Positions 19,696 to 30,378 are shown, numbered from the stretch's first letter. The stretch: 64,000 nucleotides of DNA from an uncultured bacterium (GCA_903831595.1 CAIKXY010000004.1:96552-160551), one strand, 5' to 3'. Made by a program: numbers and translations. Notes: generated from the letters alone by a model not told the origin.

Positions 19696-20082
19696 TTATT
19701 TTTTTATTATTGCGTCTACTTCTTCAATAATTTCATCTGGAGATAAAATAGCTTTTACCAAGAATTTTTTTGCCCCAAGAGAGACGCCTTTTTCCACGTC
19801 ATTTTTCTGTCCTAAATTTGAAAGAATAACAACAGCTGTATCTTTTTTATCCTTATCGGCTCTAATGTTTTCTAAAACCTGAAAACCATCCATTTTAGGT
19901 AACATAATATCAAGTAACACTAAATCAAATTTTGGATTTTCTTTTATTTTATCAACCGCTTCTTGTCCATCAATGGCAAGCGTAACATCGGCCTTATTTT
20001 CAATAAGTTTTTTTGACATTAGTTTACTCAACAAAATGTCATCCTCTACCAACAATATTCTTTTTCCGGAAAAATCTGCCAT
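19696..20082 (-). CDS. stand-alone response-regulator receiver domain (CheY-like, no output domain)
   Basis: ILLVEDD..D..LLDIMLPKMDG..K signature motifs; 128 aa. Confidence 0.85.
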   Translation of the reverse strand: MADFSGKRILLVEDDILLSKLMSKKLIENKADVTLAIDGQEAVDKIKENPKFDLVLLDIMLPKMDGFQVLENIRADKDKKDTAVVILSNLGQKNDVEKGVSLGAKKFLVKAILSPDEIIEEVDAIIKK

Positions 20083-20121
20083 ATTATTTTATATTATATC
20101 AATAAAAATTGTTTAGTCTAT

Positions 20122-22083
20122 CTATTTTATTGGTAAACTAAAGTGAAAACTTGTGCCTTTCTCTTCTTCGGATTCAAACCAGATTATACCTCTATGAGCA
20201 TTGATAATATTTTCCGTCAAAAAGAGCCCGATTCCAGTACCGTTTGGATCAACTTTTTTTGCATTATCACTTCTAAAAAATTTATTAAAAATACTACTTG
20301 ATTGATCTTTTGGGATACCAATTCCAAAATCTTGCATGATAAACTCAATATTTTTCCCATTATTTTTTAAAGTAATTATTATCTTTCCACCAATGTGCGA
20401 ATATTTTATTGCGTTATCAATTAAATTTTGAATTGCTATTTTAATTTTCTCTGAGTCAACTTGTATTTTAGGTAAATCTTTCGGCTCTTTATACTCAATA
20501 ATAATTTTTTTGTTTTTTATCAAGTGCTGATAATTATTTAAAACTGAATTAATAAGCTCTTTCATATCTACTAACGAAGTTTCATAAATATATTTACCTT
20601 CCTCGATACGAGTAATATTTAACAAATTATTTACCATAGAAACCATACTTTCATTTGTTTCAAAAGCTCTATCAATCACCTCCTTTTGGTCTTTGTTAAG
20701 TTTCCCGAAATCTCCTTTTTTTAGCATACTCATAGACCAATTCATGATAGAAAGTGGTGTTCTTAATTGATGCGCTGCGAGTGACACAAATTCACTTTTT
20801 GTTCTATCAACTATTTTTTCTCTACTAACATCATGCAAGACAACAAGGTGGCCAATATCTTTTTTTGTTAATTTTAATGGTATTACCGAAAGTTCATAAA
20901 TAACATCTTTTGATAAAATTATTTCTTTATTATAAATATTGTTTAAACCATCATTTAACACAGAAACTATAGGTACTGCATTAATAAAATCAGACATTGA
21001 ATAAATCGTTTTATTTATTAATTTTCCAGCTTTAAGCCCAAGCATTTTTTCAGCTTGCGGATTAATAGAAAAAATTTTATCTTTTTCATTAAGAATGATC
21101 AGACCATCAGCAAAACTATTTATTATAGTAAGCGTTCTGTCTCTCTCTGTTTCTATTTCAGTACGATTTTTTTCTGATTGCTCAAGCAGACCAGTCAAAT
21201 TAATCTTGGTCTTTTCCAAATCCCTTTTCTCTATAAAAAATACTCTACCAATAATAAACAAGGCTATGGCAACTATTATCGCAATGAGATAAAGAGGCCA
21301 GATTAATTTATTTGCTAGCAATGATGATCCTATAAACATCAAAAGCAATAGAACAGAAATTATTCCGATAATGACAAGCGCATACATTAGAGCTTGGAAA
21401 AACAACGATTTTATTCCCAATAAATTATATTTAACAATTGAATAACTGGTAAAACCAACCAAGAAAAGTGTTGCTGGAGAATCAAGGTTGTTAAACTGAT
21501 TTATGCCAAATAAAGGCAAAATTAAAAACACAATAATCACCCAAAGAGCAAATAGTCCTTCCCCGGTAATATAATATTGTATTTGTTTTTTTCTAATATC
21601 ACTAGATTTTTTTAATACTGTAAGCGGAATAATAATTGAGGTAAGTATCATCAATAATATGTATATTTCCCAGATAAGCATGAGCGGTCCATCTACAGTT
21701 GCCCAACCAAAGCCGACTGATCGGACAAGCTGATTTAACACCAAAGGAGTAAAAAGAATAATTATTGACCAAAAAAAACACACCACGGACAATAGTCTAA
21801 GAATCCATTTTTTTACTGTTATGCCAGACAAAGTAATAACAAAATATATTGATGCGAGTGAAAATAGTGTCCCGACAGAATAAGTAAGTCGAATAAAAAA
21901 AGTATCTTTAAAAACTAACAAAAGTAAATTAACAAGACACCATAATACTAAACTGCCACCAAAATATAGAAAATTTCTATTTAGCCTTGCTTTCGTATTT
22001 CTTGTGTAAACATAGATTGTTAAAGCAAGGTTTGTCGCCCCTGCTATTGCTATTAAAATTATAGTGATAATATCAGCCAACAT
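20122..22083 (-). CDS. sensor histidine kinase (multi-TM sensor + PAS + HisKA + HATPase_c)
   Basis: About 7 N-terminal TM helices; H-box LAAHQLRTPL; N and G boxes (IDNAIKYS, GTGIGL). Confidence 0.85.
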   Translation of the reverse strand: MLADIITIILIAIAGATNLALTIYVYTRNTKARLNRNFLYFGGSLVLWCLVNLLLLVFKDTFFIRLTYSVGTLFSLASIYFVITLSGITVKKWILRLLSVVCFFWSIIILFTPLVLNQLVRSVGFGWATVDGPLMLIWEIYILLMILTSIIIPLTVLKKSSDIRKKQIQYYITGEGLFALWVIIVFLILPLFGINQFNNLDSPATLFLVGFTSYSIVKYNLLGIKSLFFQALMYALVIIGIISVLLLLMFIGSSLLANKLIWPLYLIAIIVAIALFIIGRVFFIEKRDLEKTKINLTGLLEQSEKNRTEIETERDRTLTIINSFADGLIILNEKDKIFSINPQAEKMLGLKAGKLINKTIYSMSDFINAVPIVSVLNDGLNNIYNKEIILSKDVIYELSVIPLKLTKKDIGHLVVLHDVSREKIVDRTKSEFVSLAAHQLRTPLSIMNWSMSMLKKGDFGKLNKDQKEVIDRAFETNESMVSMVNNLLNITRIEEGKYIYETSLVDMKELINSVLNNYQHLIKNKKIIIEYKEPKDLPKIQVDSEKIKIAIQNLIDNAIKYSHIGGKIIITLKNNGKNIEFIMQDFGIGIPKDQSSSIFNKFFRSDNAKKVDPNGTGIGLFLTENIINAHRGIIWFESEEEKGTSFHFSLPIK

Positions 22084-22099
22084 AACTTGCTAAATTATA

Positions 22100-24172
22100 T
22101 CATATTTTTTTCTTGCCAACCTTAGATTTTATCTGGTCTTTTGCTCTAAGTTCTAATTTGTCTTTCAATATTCTTATCTCGTCTCGTAAAATAGCGGCGC
22201 TTTCGAAATCCAATATTTTTACCGCCGCATTCATCTGAATTTCCTTTTGTTTTATAAGCTTCTTTGGACTTTTTTTCATCATTTCTTCATCTATCCTTAC
22301 AAGCTCTTTTACAGCCTTGTCATGATCGCTTCTCATCGCATCTGTAATATCATGAATTTTTTTAATGATTGTTTTTGGAGTTATCCCGTGTTTTTTATTG
22401 TAAGCAATTTGTTTTTCCCTTCTTCTGTTTGTCTCACCAATTGCTCGCTCCATTGAACCAGTAATTCTATCTGCATATAGCACAACTCTTCCAGCAATAT
22501 TTCTTGCTGCACGCCCGATAGTCTGGATGAGTGAAGTGTCTGAACGCAAAAAACCTTCTTTATCAGCATCAAGAATTCCTATAAATTCCACTTCTGGCAA
22601 ATCCAAACCTTCGCGAAGCAAGTTTACCCCAACAAGACAATCAAACTTCCCTTTTCTAAAATTTGTAAGAATATCAATCCTATCAATCGTTTTTATTTCA
22701 CTGTGCAAATATTCTGCTTTAACTCCTTTTTCTTTTAAATATTCGCTCAAATCTTCCGCCATTTTTTTTGTAAGAGTTGTTGCAATTACTCTTCCACCGT
22801 TTTTTACAACTTTTTCTGTTTCTTCTATAAAATCATAAACTTGTGATTTATTTTTGTTTTTTATCTCGGTAATTGCCTTTACTTCTACAATAGGATCAAC
22901 AAGTCCGGTTGGTCTTATTACTTGTTCAATAATTTTTTCTGATTTTTCTTTTTCATAATCACCGGGTGTTGCTGACGTATAAATAATCTGCCCAACTCTT
23001 TTTTCAAACTCATCAAATTTAAGTGGCCTATTATCTCGTGCTGATGGAAGTCGAAAACCATAATCAATAAGTGTTTTCTTTCTTGAAGCATCGCCAGCAA
23101 ACATTCCTCTTATTTGGGAAACTGTGACGTGGGATTCATCTATAATTGTAAGAAAATCTGGCGAACCATCTACTTTCTTTGGAAAATATTCTAAAAGCGT
23201 GTCTGGTGCTTCGCCTGCAAGTTTTCCTGAAAAATGTCTTGAATAATTTTCAATTCCGTTACAATAACCAACTTCTTTTATTAATGATAAGTCATAAACA
23301 GTTCTTCTACGAAGTCTTTCTGCCTCTAAATTTTTCCCTTCTTTCTTTAATTCTTCAAGGCGAACTTCGAGTTCAGCTTTGATGCTTTTAAAGGCTCTGT
23401 CTTGCTGTTCTTTATCCGTAATAAAATGTTTTGCTGGGAAAATAAAAGTTGATTGTATTTCATCTTCAACAAGTTTTCTTGAGACTGAATCAATTCTTGA
23501 AATTTTTGATATTTTGTCTTCAGCAAAATCAAGTCTAATCAAAATCTTTTCGTTTACGGGCATTACTTCAATAGAATTTCCTATTGCACGAAATGTTCCA
23601 GGTTTTATGTCAGAATTTGTTCTTTCAAAATGAACATTTATGAGTTTTTTAATAATATCCTGTCTACTAACTTCTTCCCCAACTTTAAGTTTTAAATTTA
23701 CTTTTTCATATTCTTCTGGAGAACCTAGACCATAAATACAAGAAACTGACGCAACAATAATCACATCTTTTCTTGTAAGAAGCGCTTGCGTGGAAGCATG
23801 GCGAAGTCTATCAATTTCCTCGTTTATCATCGCCTCCTTCTCAATATATGTGTCAGTGACCGGCATATAAGCTTCCGGCTGATAGTAGTCATAATAAGAA
23901 ACAAAATAATGAACGGCATTGTTTGGAAAAAATTCTTTATATTCTTGAGCAAGCTGAGCCGCTAGAGTTTTGTTGTGAGCTATTACAAGAGTAGGTTTTT
24001 GTATTTTTTCAATAACATTTGCAACTGTAAAAGTTTTTCCAGAACCAGTTACGCCAAAAAGAGTTTGTTTTGACAAACCTTTTTCAATCCCTGTGACCAA
24101 CTCTTTAATTGCATTCGGTTGGTCTCCACTCGGGGCAAATTCACTCTTTAATTTAAATTTTTGTTGTGACAT
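22100..24172 (-). CDS. uvrB: Excinuclease ABC subunit B
   Basis: GVTGSGKTF helicase motif I, beta-hairpin region YYDYYQPEAY, C-terminal UVR coiled coil. The track ORF extends to 24283; the likely start is MSQQKF at 24172. Confidence 0.95.
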   Translation of the reverse strand: MSQQKFKLKSEFAPSGDQPNAIKELVTGIEKGLSKQTLFGVTGSGKTFTVANVIEKIQKPTLVIAHNKTLAAQLAQEYKEFFPNNAVHYFVSYYDYYQPEAYMPVTDTYIEKEAMINEEIDRLRHASTQALLTRKDVIIVASVSCIYGLGSPEEYEKVNLKLKVGEEVSRQDIIKKLINVHFERTNSDIKPGTFRAIGNSIEVMPVNEKILIRLDFAEDKISKISRIDSVSRKLVEDEIQSTFIFPAKHFITDKEQQDRAFKSIKAELEVRLEELKKEGKNLEAERLRRRTVYDLSLIKEVGYCNGIENYSRHFSGKLAGEAPDTLLEYFPKKVDGSPDFLTIIDESHVTVSQIRGMFAGDASRKKTLIDYGFRLPSARDNRPLKFDEFEKRVGQIIYTSATPGDYEKEKSEKIIEQVIRPTGLVDPIVEVKAITEIKNKNKSQVYDFIEETEKVVKNGGRVIATTLTKKMAEDLSEYLKEKGVKAEYLHSEIKTIDRIDILTNFRKGKFDCLVGVNLLREGLDLPEVEFIGILDADKEGFLRSDTSLIQTIGRAARNIAGRVVLYADRITGSMERAIGETNRRREKQIAYNKKHGITPKTIIKKIHDITDAMRSDHDKAVKELVRIDEEMMKKSPKKLIKQKEIQMNAAVKILDFESAAILRDEIRILKDKLELRAKDQIKSKVGKKKI

Positions 24173-24332
24173 ATACTTATATTTGGCTTCTTGCCCCGTC
24201 AAATGCATTCCTATTTGACTGGGGTGATTTTGAATTTTGACATATTTAAACACTAAAATACCATAAAAAACGACTTTTGGCATTTTTCCAATAAAGATAT
24301 TCCTTACTAATTAAATTAAAAAACTGTTCTTA

Positions 24333-24881
24333 CTAGTTAACTCTGCTCAATAATTTTTTAGCAAGGTTTTCTAATCCAAAAGCAAAATCAAAAACAAACC
24401 CACCAATATTGTCTATAAGAATCCATTTATAAAAATCCTCAGCTTTACCGAGTTGAGAAATAGTATTTTTCTTTTTTTCATCTTCGTGAAAATATTTTCC
24501 ATAAAACCAATCATCAAGGATATTTTTAATAGTTTTACTTTCTTTTACTGGGATGCCGGCAGGAAAACTAATTTTTAGATTTTCATCATAATCACTCTGA
24601 CATTTTTGTAATTCTTTTTTCTCATCTGGACTAACATATTTCATAAAAATAGGAAACATTTTTATGAAACTTGTAGCCTCACTTTCCATATAAAGTTTCC
24701 TTATATCAAGAATAAACGAGCGAAGAGACTCCTCGTCTGGTTTAGGAAGATTTGGACGAGAATAAATAATATTGAACAGATTATTTTTTTGAAATTCTGC
24801 CATAAATGGTAAGCTGCGAATGTGCCCAACCAAATCAACAAAATTAGTTATTTTTTTGTGGTCAGAATCAGTCATCAACAT
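24333..24881 (-). CDS. hypothetical protein (182 aa)
   Basis: ORF track. Confidence 0.4.
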   Translation of the reverse strand: MLMTDSDHKKITNFVDLVGHIRSLPFMAEFQKNNLFNIIYSRPNLPKPDEESLRSFILDIRKLYMESEATSFIKMFPIFMKYVSPDEKKELQKCQSDYDENLKISFPAGIPVKESKTIKNILDDWFYGKYFHEDEKKKNTISQLGKAEDFYKWILIDNIGGFVFDFAFGLENLAKKLLSRVN

Positions 24882-24894
24882 AAAAGTCTATGGT

Positions 24895-25455
24895 TTACTT
24901 TTGCTTATCTTTTTTTTCTTTTTCTCGCCTTTCTGCAAAGACCTCCTCAACAGCTTGCGCTTTTCTCTTTAATTTATCGTGTACAAATTTAGAACTTGAG
25001 TCTTGACCCAACATTTCCTCAACGCGTTTTGCAACTTCCTGAATAGTAACATAGGCCTCTTTAGTTCGTTCTTCATGCGAATCATAAGCTGTACTTTTCA
25101 TATCAACATCCAACCATTCTCTAGAAAACTTTACCCTCTCTACAGCATGTGAATAAGCCATCCAATCCTGTGCAATTTCAAGTTGCTTCTTTGGATCATG
25201 TTTAAAACGTTCTCGAAGACGCATCATATCTCTTTCCATAGCTTTTACCATGTCTCTCTCATCTTGTAAATAATTTTCTAGATTAGGACTTTTAGATAAT
25301 ACTTCCGCCATATTTTCACTCGCACGTTTCCACATTTCCTCCACAGTCAACGACTCATTTTCCGCTCTGAGATTCAAACCGTTTTTTTTAGATCGAGAAT
25401 AAAAATATATTCCAGCGATAATCATAGCGACTATAATCCAGGTTGATATATACAT
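24895..25455 (-). CDS. hypothetical membrane-anchored coiled-coil protein (186 aa)
   Basis: N-terminal TM helix followed by a charged helical region. Confidence 0.4.
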   Translation of the reverse strand: MYISTWIIVAMIIAGIYFYSRSKKNGLNLRAENESLTVEEMWKRASENMAEVLSKSPNLENYLQDERDMVKAMERDMMRLRERFKHDPKKQLEIAQDWMAYSHAVERVKFSREWLDVDMKSTAYDSHEERTKEAYVTIQEVAKRVEEMLGQDSSSKFVHDKLKRKAQAVEEVFAERREKEKKDKQK

Positions 25456-25545
25456 AAATTTTATTATATTAAAATAACTAGCTAAGTATTAATAATTTCT
25501 TCTAAGAGACCTATTATATCATATATCTGCCAAGGACAATTATTG

Positions 25546-26766
25546 CTAATGCTTATATTTTTCCAAAAATTCTTTTTTGAATTTATCAAAATTATCATCG
25601 AAAATACTTTGTCTAATTTGTTTAACTAAATTTACAATAAAATGAATATTGTGAATTGAAGCGAGAGTTCCACCGAGCATTTCTTTTCCGTGAAATAAAT
25701 GTGCTAGATATGCGCGAGAATAATTTTTGCAAGTATAACATTCGCAATTTTCTTCAATAGGTTTTAAATCTTCTCTGTATGTTGTATTTGTTATATGTAT
25801 TTTACCGTATTTTGTATAAATTGTGCCATTTCTTCCAAGACGGGTTGGCAAAACACAGTCAAAAAGATCAACACCATTTTCAATTCCCATAAATAAATCT
25901 TCTGGCTCACCAATACCTAATAGATGTCTTGGTTTATCTTCTGGCAGAATATCATTAACCCATTTTATAGCAGTGGACATATCTTCTTTAGCAAATGAAC
26001 CGCCAATTCCAAATCCATCAAATTTTTGTCCATCAACTTCTAGCTCAGAAATAATTTTTGCAGATTTTTTTCTCAAAGATTCTTCCCTACCACCTTGCAC
26101 AATTCCAAACAAAGAAACTTTATTTTCAGTATTTAGTTTGTTGTGTTCACGAAGTGAGCGCTCTGCCCAATTATGAGTTCTATCAAGCGCCTCATTTTGA
26201 TATTTTAAATCTTCTGCCGGTGAAGTGCATTCATCAAAAGCAAAAATCATATCTGCACCAAGATTATGCTGAATCTGAATTGATTTTTCTGGAGTAATAT
26301 AATGTATTGAGCCATCAAGGTGCGATGTGAAAGAAACTCCATCTTGTCCAACTTTCGCAAGTCTTGGTGCATCTGTATCATCAAACCTTTCAGGAATTAA
26401 TAGTGATGGATTTGTAATTTGTATTACTTTTGAAATTCCTTTTTTATAAGCTGCTCCAAGTGAAAATACCTGAAAGCCACCAGAATCTGTCATTGTAGGT
26501 CCGGACCAATTCATCATTTTATTTAATCCTCCCATTTTTTTAACTGTCTCATCTCCTGGTTGCAAATATAAATGATATGTATTTGCAAGAACGACTTGCG
26601 CGCCGGCATCTCTCACCTGTTCTGGATTTACAGACTTTACCGTGGCTTTTGTGCCAACAACGACAAAAGCTGGGGTTTCTATTTCCCCGTGTGGTGTTTT
26701 CAAAATTCCAGCTCTTCCAAGCTTTCCTTTTAATTTTTTTTCTATTTTGAAGTTGACTGAACTCAT
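25546..26766 (-). CDS. tgt: queuine tRNA-ribosyltransferase
   Basis: TPHGEIETPAFV, catalytic region, C-terminal zinc site CxCxxC..H. Confidence 0.9.
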   Translation of the reverse strand: MSSVNFKIEKKLKGKLGRAGILKTPHGEIETPAFVVVGTKATVKSVNPEQVRDAGAQVVLANTYHLYLQPGDETVKKMGGLNKMMNWSGPTMTDSGGFQVFSLGAAYKKGISKVIQITNPSLLIPERFDDTDAPRLAKVGQDGVSFTSHLDGSIHYITPEKSIQIQHNLGADMIFAFDECTSPAEDLKYQNEALDRTHNWAERSLREHNKLNTENKVSLFGIVQGGREESLRKKSAKIISELEVDGQKFDGFGIGGSFAKEDMSTAIKWVNDILPEDKPRHLLGIGEPEDLFMGIENGVDLFDCVLPTRLGRNGTIYTKYGKIHITNTTYREDLKPIEENCECYTCKNYSRAYLAHLFHGKEMLGGTLASIHNIHFIVNLVKQIRQSIFDDNFDKFKKEFLEKYKH

Positions 26767-26798
26767 ACAAAATAGATAATAGCAGTTTCAGTAAAAAA

Positions 26799-26836
26799 CA
26801 AAAGGGCGGCTCGCAAGCGAGCCACCCTTTTGTAAT
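26799..26836 (-). terminator. intrinsic terminator (GGCTCG-CAAG-CGAGCC with flanking G/C) and a T-tract on the minus strand
   Basis: Located 3' of the FKBP gene. Confidence 0.65.
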
Positions 26837-26842
26837 TTACAA

Positions 26843-27292
26843 TTATTTCACACCTAATAACTCAATATTGAAAATTAGTGTAGAATTTCCAGGAATTGGC
26901 CCATAATCTTTTTCTCCGTATCCAAGTGATGGTGGAATTACTAATATTCTTTTACCACCAACTTTCATACCCTCAACTCCGATATCCCAACCCTTTATTA
27001 CCATACCTGCACCAAGCTTAAAAGTAAATGGTGTACCTCTGTCAATTGAGCTATCGAACTTTTTCCCATCTGAAAAAACTCCAACGTAGTTTACTGTAAC
27101 TTGCTTACCTGCGACTGCTACGTCCCCTGTTCCAACCACTATATCTTTTGATTGAATTTGTGTTGCTTCTTGCATTGCTGTATCTTGTGTTTTATTTGAA
27201 TTTGTAAATAAACCCCCGACCAAACCTCCCCCAATCAAAACCCCCACGACAACTATCACTATTACTACTGCTATTATTGTTTTTTTATTCAT
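26843..27292 (-). CDS. FKBP-type peptidyl-prolyl cis-trans isomerase, membrane-anchored or secreted
   Basis: N-terminal hydrophobic segment; FKBP core VNYVGVFSDGKKFDSS..GMKVGGKRILVIPPSLGYG. Confidence 0.85.
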   Translation of the reverse strand: MNKKTIIAVVIVIVVVGVLIGGGLVGGLFTNSNKTQDTAMQEATQIQSKDIVVGTGDVAVAGKQVTVNYVGVFSDGKKFDSSIDRGTPFTFKLGAGMVIKGWDIGVEGMKVGGKRILVIPPSLGYGEKDYGPIPGNSTLIFNIELLGVK

Positions 27293-27401
27293 TTTATTAT
27301 AATTAATTAATACTTTTAGTATTATAACAATATAATATAAATAAATCCACTATAATATTTGAGCTTTTCATAATCAAATAAATAATGCTATAATTCACAA
27401 C

Positions 27402-28130
27402 ATGAATTTTAAAAATATTTTTTCAAAAAGTAAAAACGCGCTAGAAATTGTGGATGGTAATCATATTGGTGCAGGTCCAGTCACACGTAAAAAAATGCGG
27501 GAGATCATTAGGAGAAGAGAAAAAGTCACAGGCAAAGAATTTGATAAAGGATATGATTTAATAGAAAAATACCCAAGATCAGTAAGTATTTTTGGATCAG
27601 CAAGATTTAAAAATGATAATATATATTATAAAAAAGCTGAATCATTGGGGGCAAGAATTGTAAAAGAATTAAAATATGCGGTTGTGACTGGTGGTGGACC
27701 CGGAATAATGGAAGCTGCAAGTAAAGGAGCCTATGAAGCTGGTGGCACATCGTTGGGGTTTACAATTAAACTCCCAAGTGAACAAATGATAAATAAATAT
27801 CTTACTGATTATGTCGAGTTCGAATATTTTTTTAGTAGGAAAACTTTATTATTTTTTGCAGCTGAAACATACATATATTTTCCAGGTGGTTTTGGAACAT
27901 TTGATGAACTATTGGAAATAGTAACATTAATTCAAACACGAAAAATTAACAGGACACCAGTGATTTTGGTAGGAAAAGAATTTTGGACACCTTTTTTAGA
28001 TTTATTTAAACAAAAACTTGCTATAGAAAACAATACCATCAATCTAGACGACATCAATATTTGCAAAGTTGTAGATTCAGAAGATGAAATTATTCAAATA
28101 ATAAGAAATGCACCTTACAGAGAAGAATAG
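27402..28130 (+). CDS. LOG family protein (TIGR00730; cytokinin riboside 5'-monophosphate phosphoribohydrolase-like)
   Basis: GGGPGIMEA and PGGFGTFDEL signature motifs. Confidence 0.85.
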   Translation: MNFKNIFSKSKNALEIVDGNHIGAGPVTRKKMREIIRRREKVTGKEFDKGYDLIEKYPRSVSIFGSARFKNDNIYYKKAESLGARIVKELKYAVVTGGGPGIMEAASKGAYEAGGTSLGFTIKLPSEQMINKYLTDYVEFEYFFSRKTLLFFAAETYIYFPGGFGTFDELLEIVTLIQTRKINRTPVILVGKEFWTPFLDLFKQKLAIENNTINLDDINICKVVDSEDEIIQIIRNAPYREE

Positions 28131-28138
28131 GATAAATA

Positions 28139-28168
28139 AAATGACGGTCACTTCTTGGCCGTCATTTT
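28139..28168. terminator. bidirectional terminator hairpin (AATGACGG-N11-CCGTCATT) between convergent genes
   Basis: Hairpin with T/A tracts on both sides. Confidence 0.55.
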
Positions 28169-28170
28169 AT

Positions 28171-28893
28171 TTATTTAAGACTAAAAGCTGCTTTCACAGT
28201 CACCATCACATTTTTATTTATTTTTGAAGTGTCATAGGTACCATAATCTGAAACTTCTAAAGAATTCGCAGGAAGAACCTGGACAACACCACTTGCCGCA
28301 GATTTCAAATCTCCCACATTTCTTCCTGTAGCCTCAGCAATTTTTTGTGCTCTAGCTTTAGCGTCTTTTATTGCATCTGAAAGCAAAGTAACCCTTAACT
28401 CTGGCAGTTTTGTATAATAATATTCAACTGCATTTGTACTGAATATTACACCTTTATTTATTAAATCTTGTGTTTTTTGAGCAAGTAAAGTTATTTTATT
28501 TATATCAGAAGATGACACTTCAATAGTTTGGCTAATTGTATATTCTTTTTCTACTTGAGTATTATTGTTATTATAATTATAATTTTCAAACATTGAAACG
28601 GTTGAGATTGTCACGTTTTTATCATCAATCCCCTGATCAACTAGAAACTTTTTTACTGTGAGCAAATCTTGTGCTATTTGAGCGTAACCAGTTTTCAAAT
28701 TACTAACTTTTACTATTCTTGAAAAATTACCTGAAAACTTTGCACTATCTGAAACAACTTCTTTACTAGCAGAACCAGTGACAGACAGTGAGTTACTTGA
28801 ATCTTTATTATAATAAGAGATTGCCCAAATTGAAGAACTAATAATTAAACAAACTCCGATTATTATTGATAGCGCAAGGTTATTTTGTTTCAT
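28171..28893 (-). CDS. SIMPL/DUF541-family secreted protein
   Basis: Signal/TM N-terminus; overall SIMPL-like pattern (two-lobed periplasmic protein); family call tentative. Confidence 0.55.
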   Translation of the reverse strand: MKQNNLALSIIIGVCLIISSSIWAISYYNKDSSNSLSVTGSASKEVVSDSAKFSGNFSRIVKVSNLKTGYAQIAQDLLTVKKFLVDQGIDDKNVTISTVSMFENYNYNNNNTQVEKEYTISQTIEVSSSDINKITLLAQKTQDLINKGVIFSTNAVEYYYTKLPELRVTLLSDAIKDAKARAQKIAEATGRNVGDLKSAASGVVQVLPANSLEVSDYGTYDTSKINKNVMVTVKAAFSLK

Positions 28894-28925
28894 TTTTTAT
28901 TTTTTAAATTAATAAATAGATTATA

Positions 28926-29546
28926 TTACACTTTTATTTCTTTGTCTTGCTTCTTTTTTATTAAAAAAGTATCTATTGCCCTACTAATAAAAATTCCAGC
29001 CACAATCAAAATCACAATAAATAAGACATGCTTAACTTTCCCTATGCTTTTCACAATTGGAGCGTAAGATTCATTGAAGAAATAACCAACCCAGATTAGA
29101 AAAGGTGCATAAATAAAAGTGGCTAAGGTGTTATACGTCATAAAAGTCTGATGTTTAACCTTTGTATGCCCAGAAAAAACTGGACCAACGAATCTCAAAA
29201 AAGGAATAAACCTACAAATAAAAACTGTTATGCCAATATGTTTGGTAATAAAATCCCTTCTTTTTGCAATTATTTTTAATGACAAAACTTCATGAATTAA
29301 TTTTGAAACATATTTATTGTTTTTGAGTGTAAGCGAGTAAACAATATTATCCCCAATTACAAAAGCCATTATGATAATAAAAACTGCAGGTATTGTACTT
29401 ATTAAGTTTGACTTAATCATGTAACCGGTAATAATAAGTATCATTTCCTCTGGGAAAGGAATCAGCGTACCAGAAAATAATGCGAAAAAGAAAATCGCTA
29501 AATAAGAAAAATGCTCAACCGAGACGATAAAAAGTGTGTCGTGCAT
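28926..29546 (-). CDS. DedA-family (SNARE-associated/TVP38) membrane protein
   Basis: GTLIPFPEEMILIITGY motif and topology. Confidence 0.8.
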   Translation of the reverse strand: MHDTLFIVSVEHFSYLAIFFFALFSGTLIPFPEEMILIITGYMIKSNLISTIPAVFIIIMAFVIGDNIVYSLTLKNNKYVSKLIHEVLSLKIIAKRRDFITKHIGITVFICRFIPFLRFVGPVFSGHTKVKHQTFMTYNTLATFIYAPFLIWVGYFFNESYAPIVKSIGKVKHVLFIVILIVAGIFISRAIDTFLIKKKQDKEIKV

Positions 29547-29634
29547 AATAATTTATATCTAAACATTTTAGCATAAATATAAATAAAAAATAGTGCACAT
29601 TGTTTTATTTACCAATAACAGTTAATATAAAATT

Positions 29635-30339
29635 ATGTTAGAAGAAAGCCCAAAAAATATAAGGATAAATAAGTATTTGGCCATGCAGGGTGTTACGACA
29701 AGAAGAGACGCAGACAAAATTATTGAGGCAGGAAAAGTTACAATAAACGGAAGAAAAGCAGTACTTGGTGACAGAGTGAATGAGGGTGACAAAGTTGAGG
29801 TCTTGAAGAAATTAAAAAATAATTTTGTATATTTTGCGTACTACAAGCCGCGTGGAATAATAACCCACTCCCCACAAGATGGAGAAACCGATATTGTTTC
29901 ATTAATAAAAATTAAGGGTGTATTTCCTATTGGTAGGCTCGATAAAGATTCAGAAGGTTTAATTTTGCTTACAAATGACGGCAGAATTACAGACAGACTC
30001 TTAAATCCAAAGTATGAGCATGATAAAGAATATATTGTAAAAACAAGAGTCCCAATAAAAGAATTCCAACTAAAAGTAATGAAGAAAGGAATGGATCTCG
30101 AAGGAATGACCACCGCTCCATGTAAGACGAGGCTAATTGATGACAAACTATTTGCTATTACAATTTCAGAGGGTCAAAAACATCAGATAAGAAGAATGTG
30201 CGATGCACTTACTTTACCCATTGATTCTTTAAAAAGAGTCAGAGTGATGAATATCAAGCTCGGACAACTAAAGCCAAATGAGTATAGAAAAATTGAAGGT
30301 GAAGAGTTAAAAGAGTTTTTAAAATCTTTATCTTTATAA
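29635..30339 (+). CDS. rRNA pseudouridine synthase, RsuA/RluB family, with an S4 domain
   Basis: N-terminal S4 (INKYLAMQGVTTRRDADKII); catalytic GRLDKDSEGLILLTNDG. Confidence 0.85.
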   Translation: MLEESPKNIRINKYLAMQGVTTRRDADKIIEAGKVTINGRKAVLGDRVNEGDKVEVLKKLKNNFVYFAYYKPRGIITHSPQDGETDIVSLIKIKGVFPIGRLDKDSEGLILLTNDGRITDRLLNPKYEHDKEYIVKTRVPIKEFQLKVMKKGMDLEGMTTAPCKTRLIDDKLFAITISEGQKHQIRRMCDALTLPIDSLKRVRVMNIKLGQLKPNEYRKIEGEELKEFLKSLSL

Positions 30340-30344
30340 ATAGA

Positions 30345-30378
30345 AAAGGAGGCCCTAAAAGAACCTCCTTTTTTTCTT
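30345..30378. terminator. bidirectional terminator (GGAGG-N11-CCTCC followed by a T-tract)
   Basis: Lies between convergent genes ending at 30339 (+) and 30355 (-). Confidence 0.6.
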
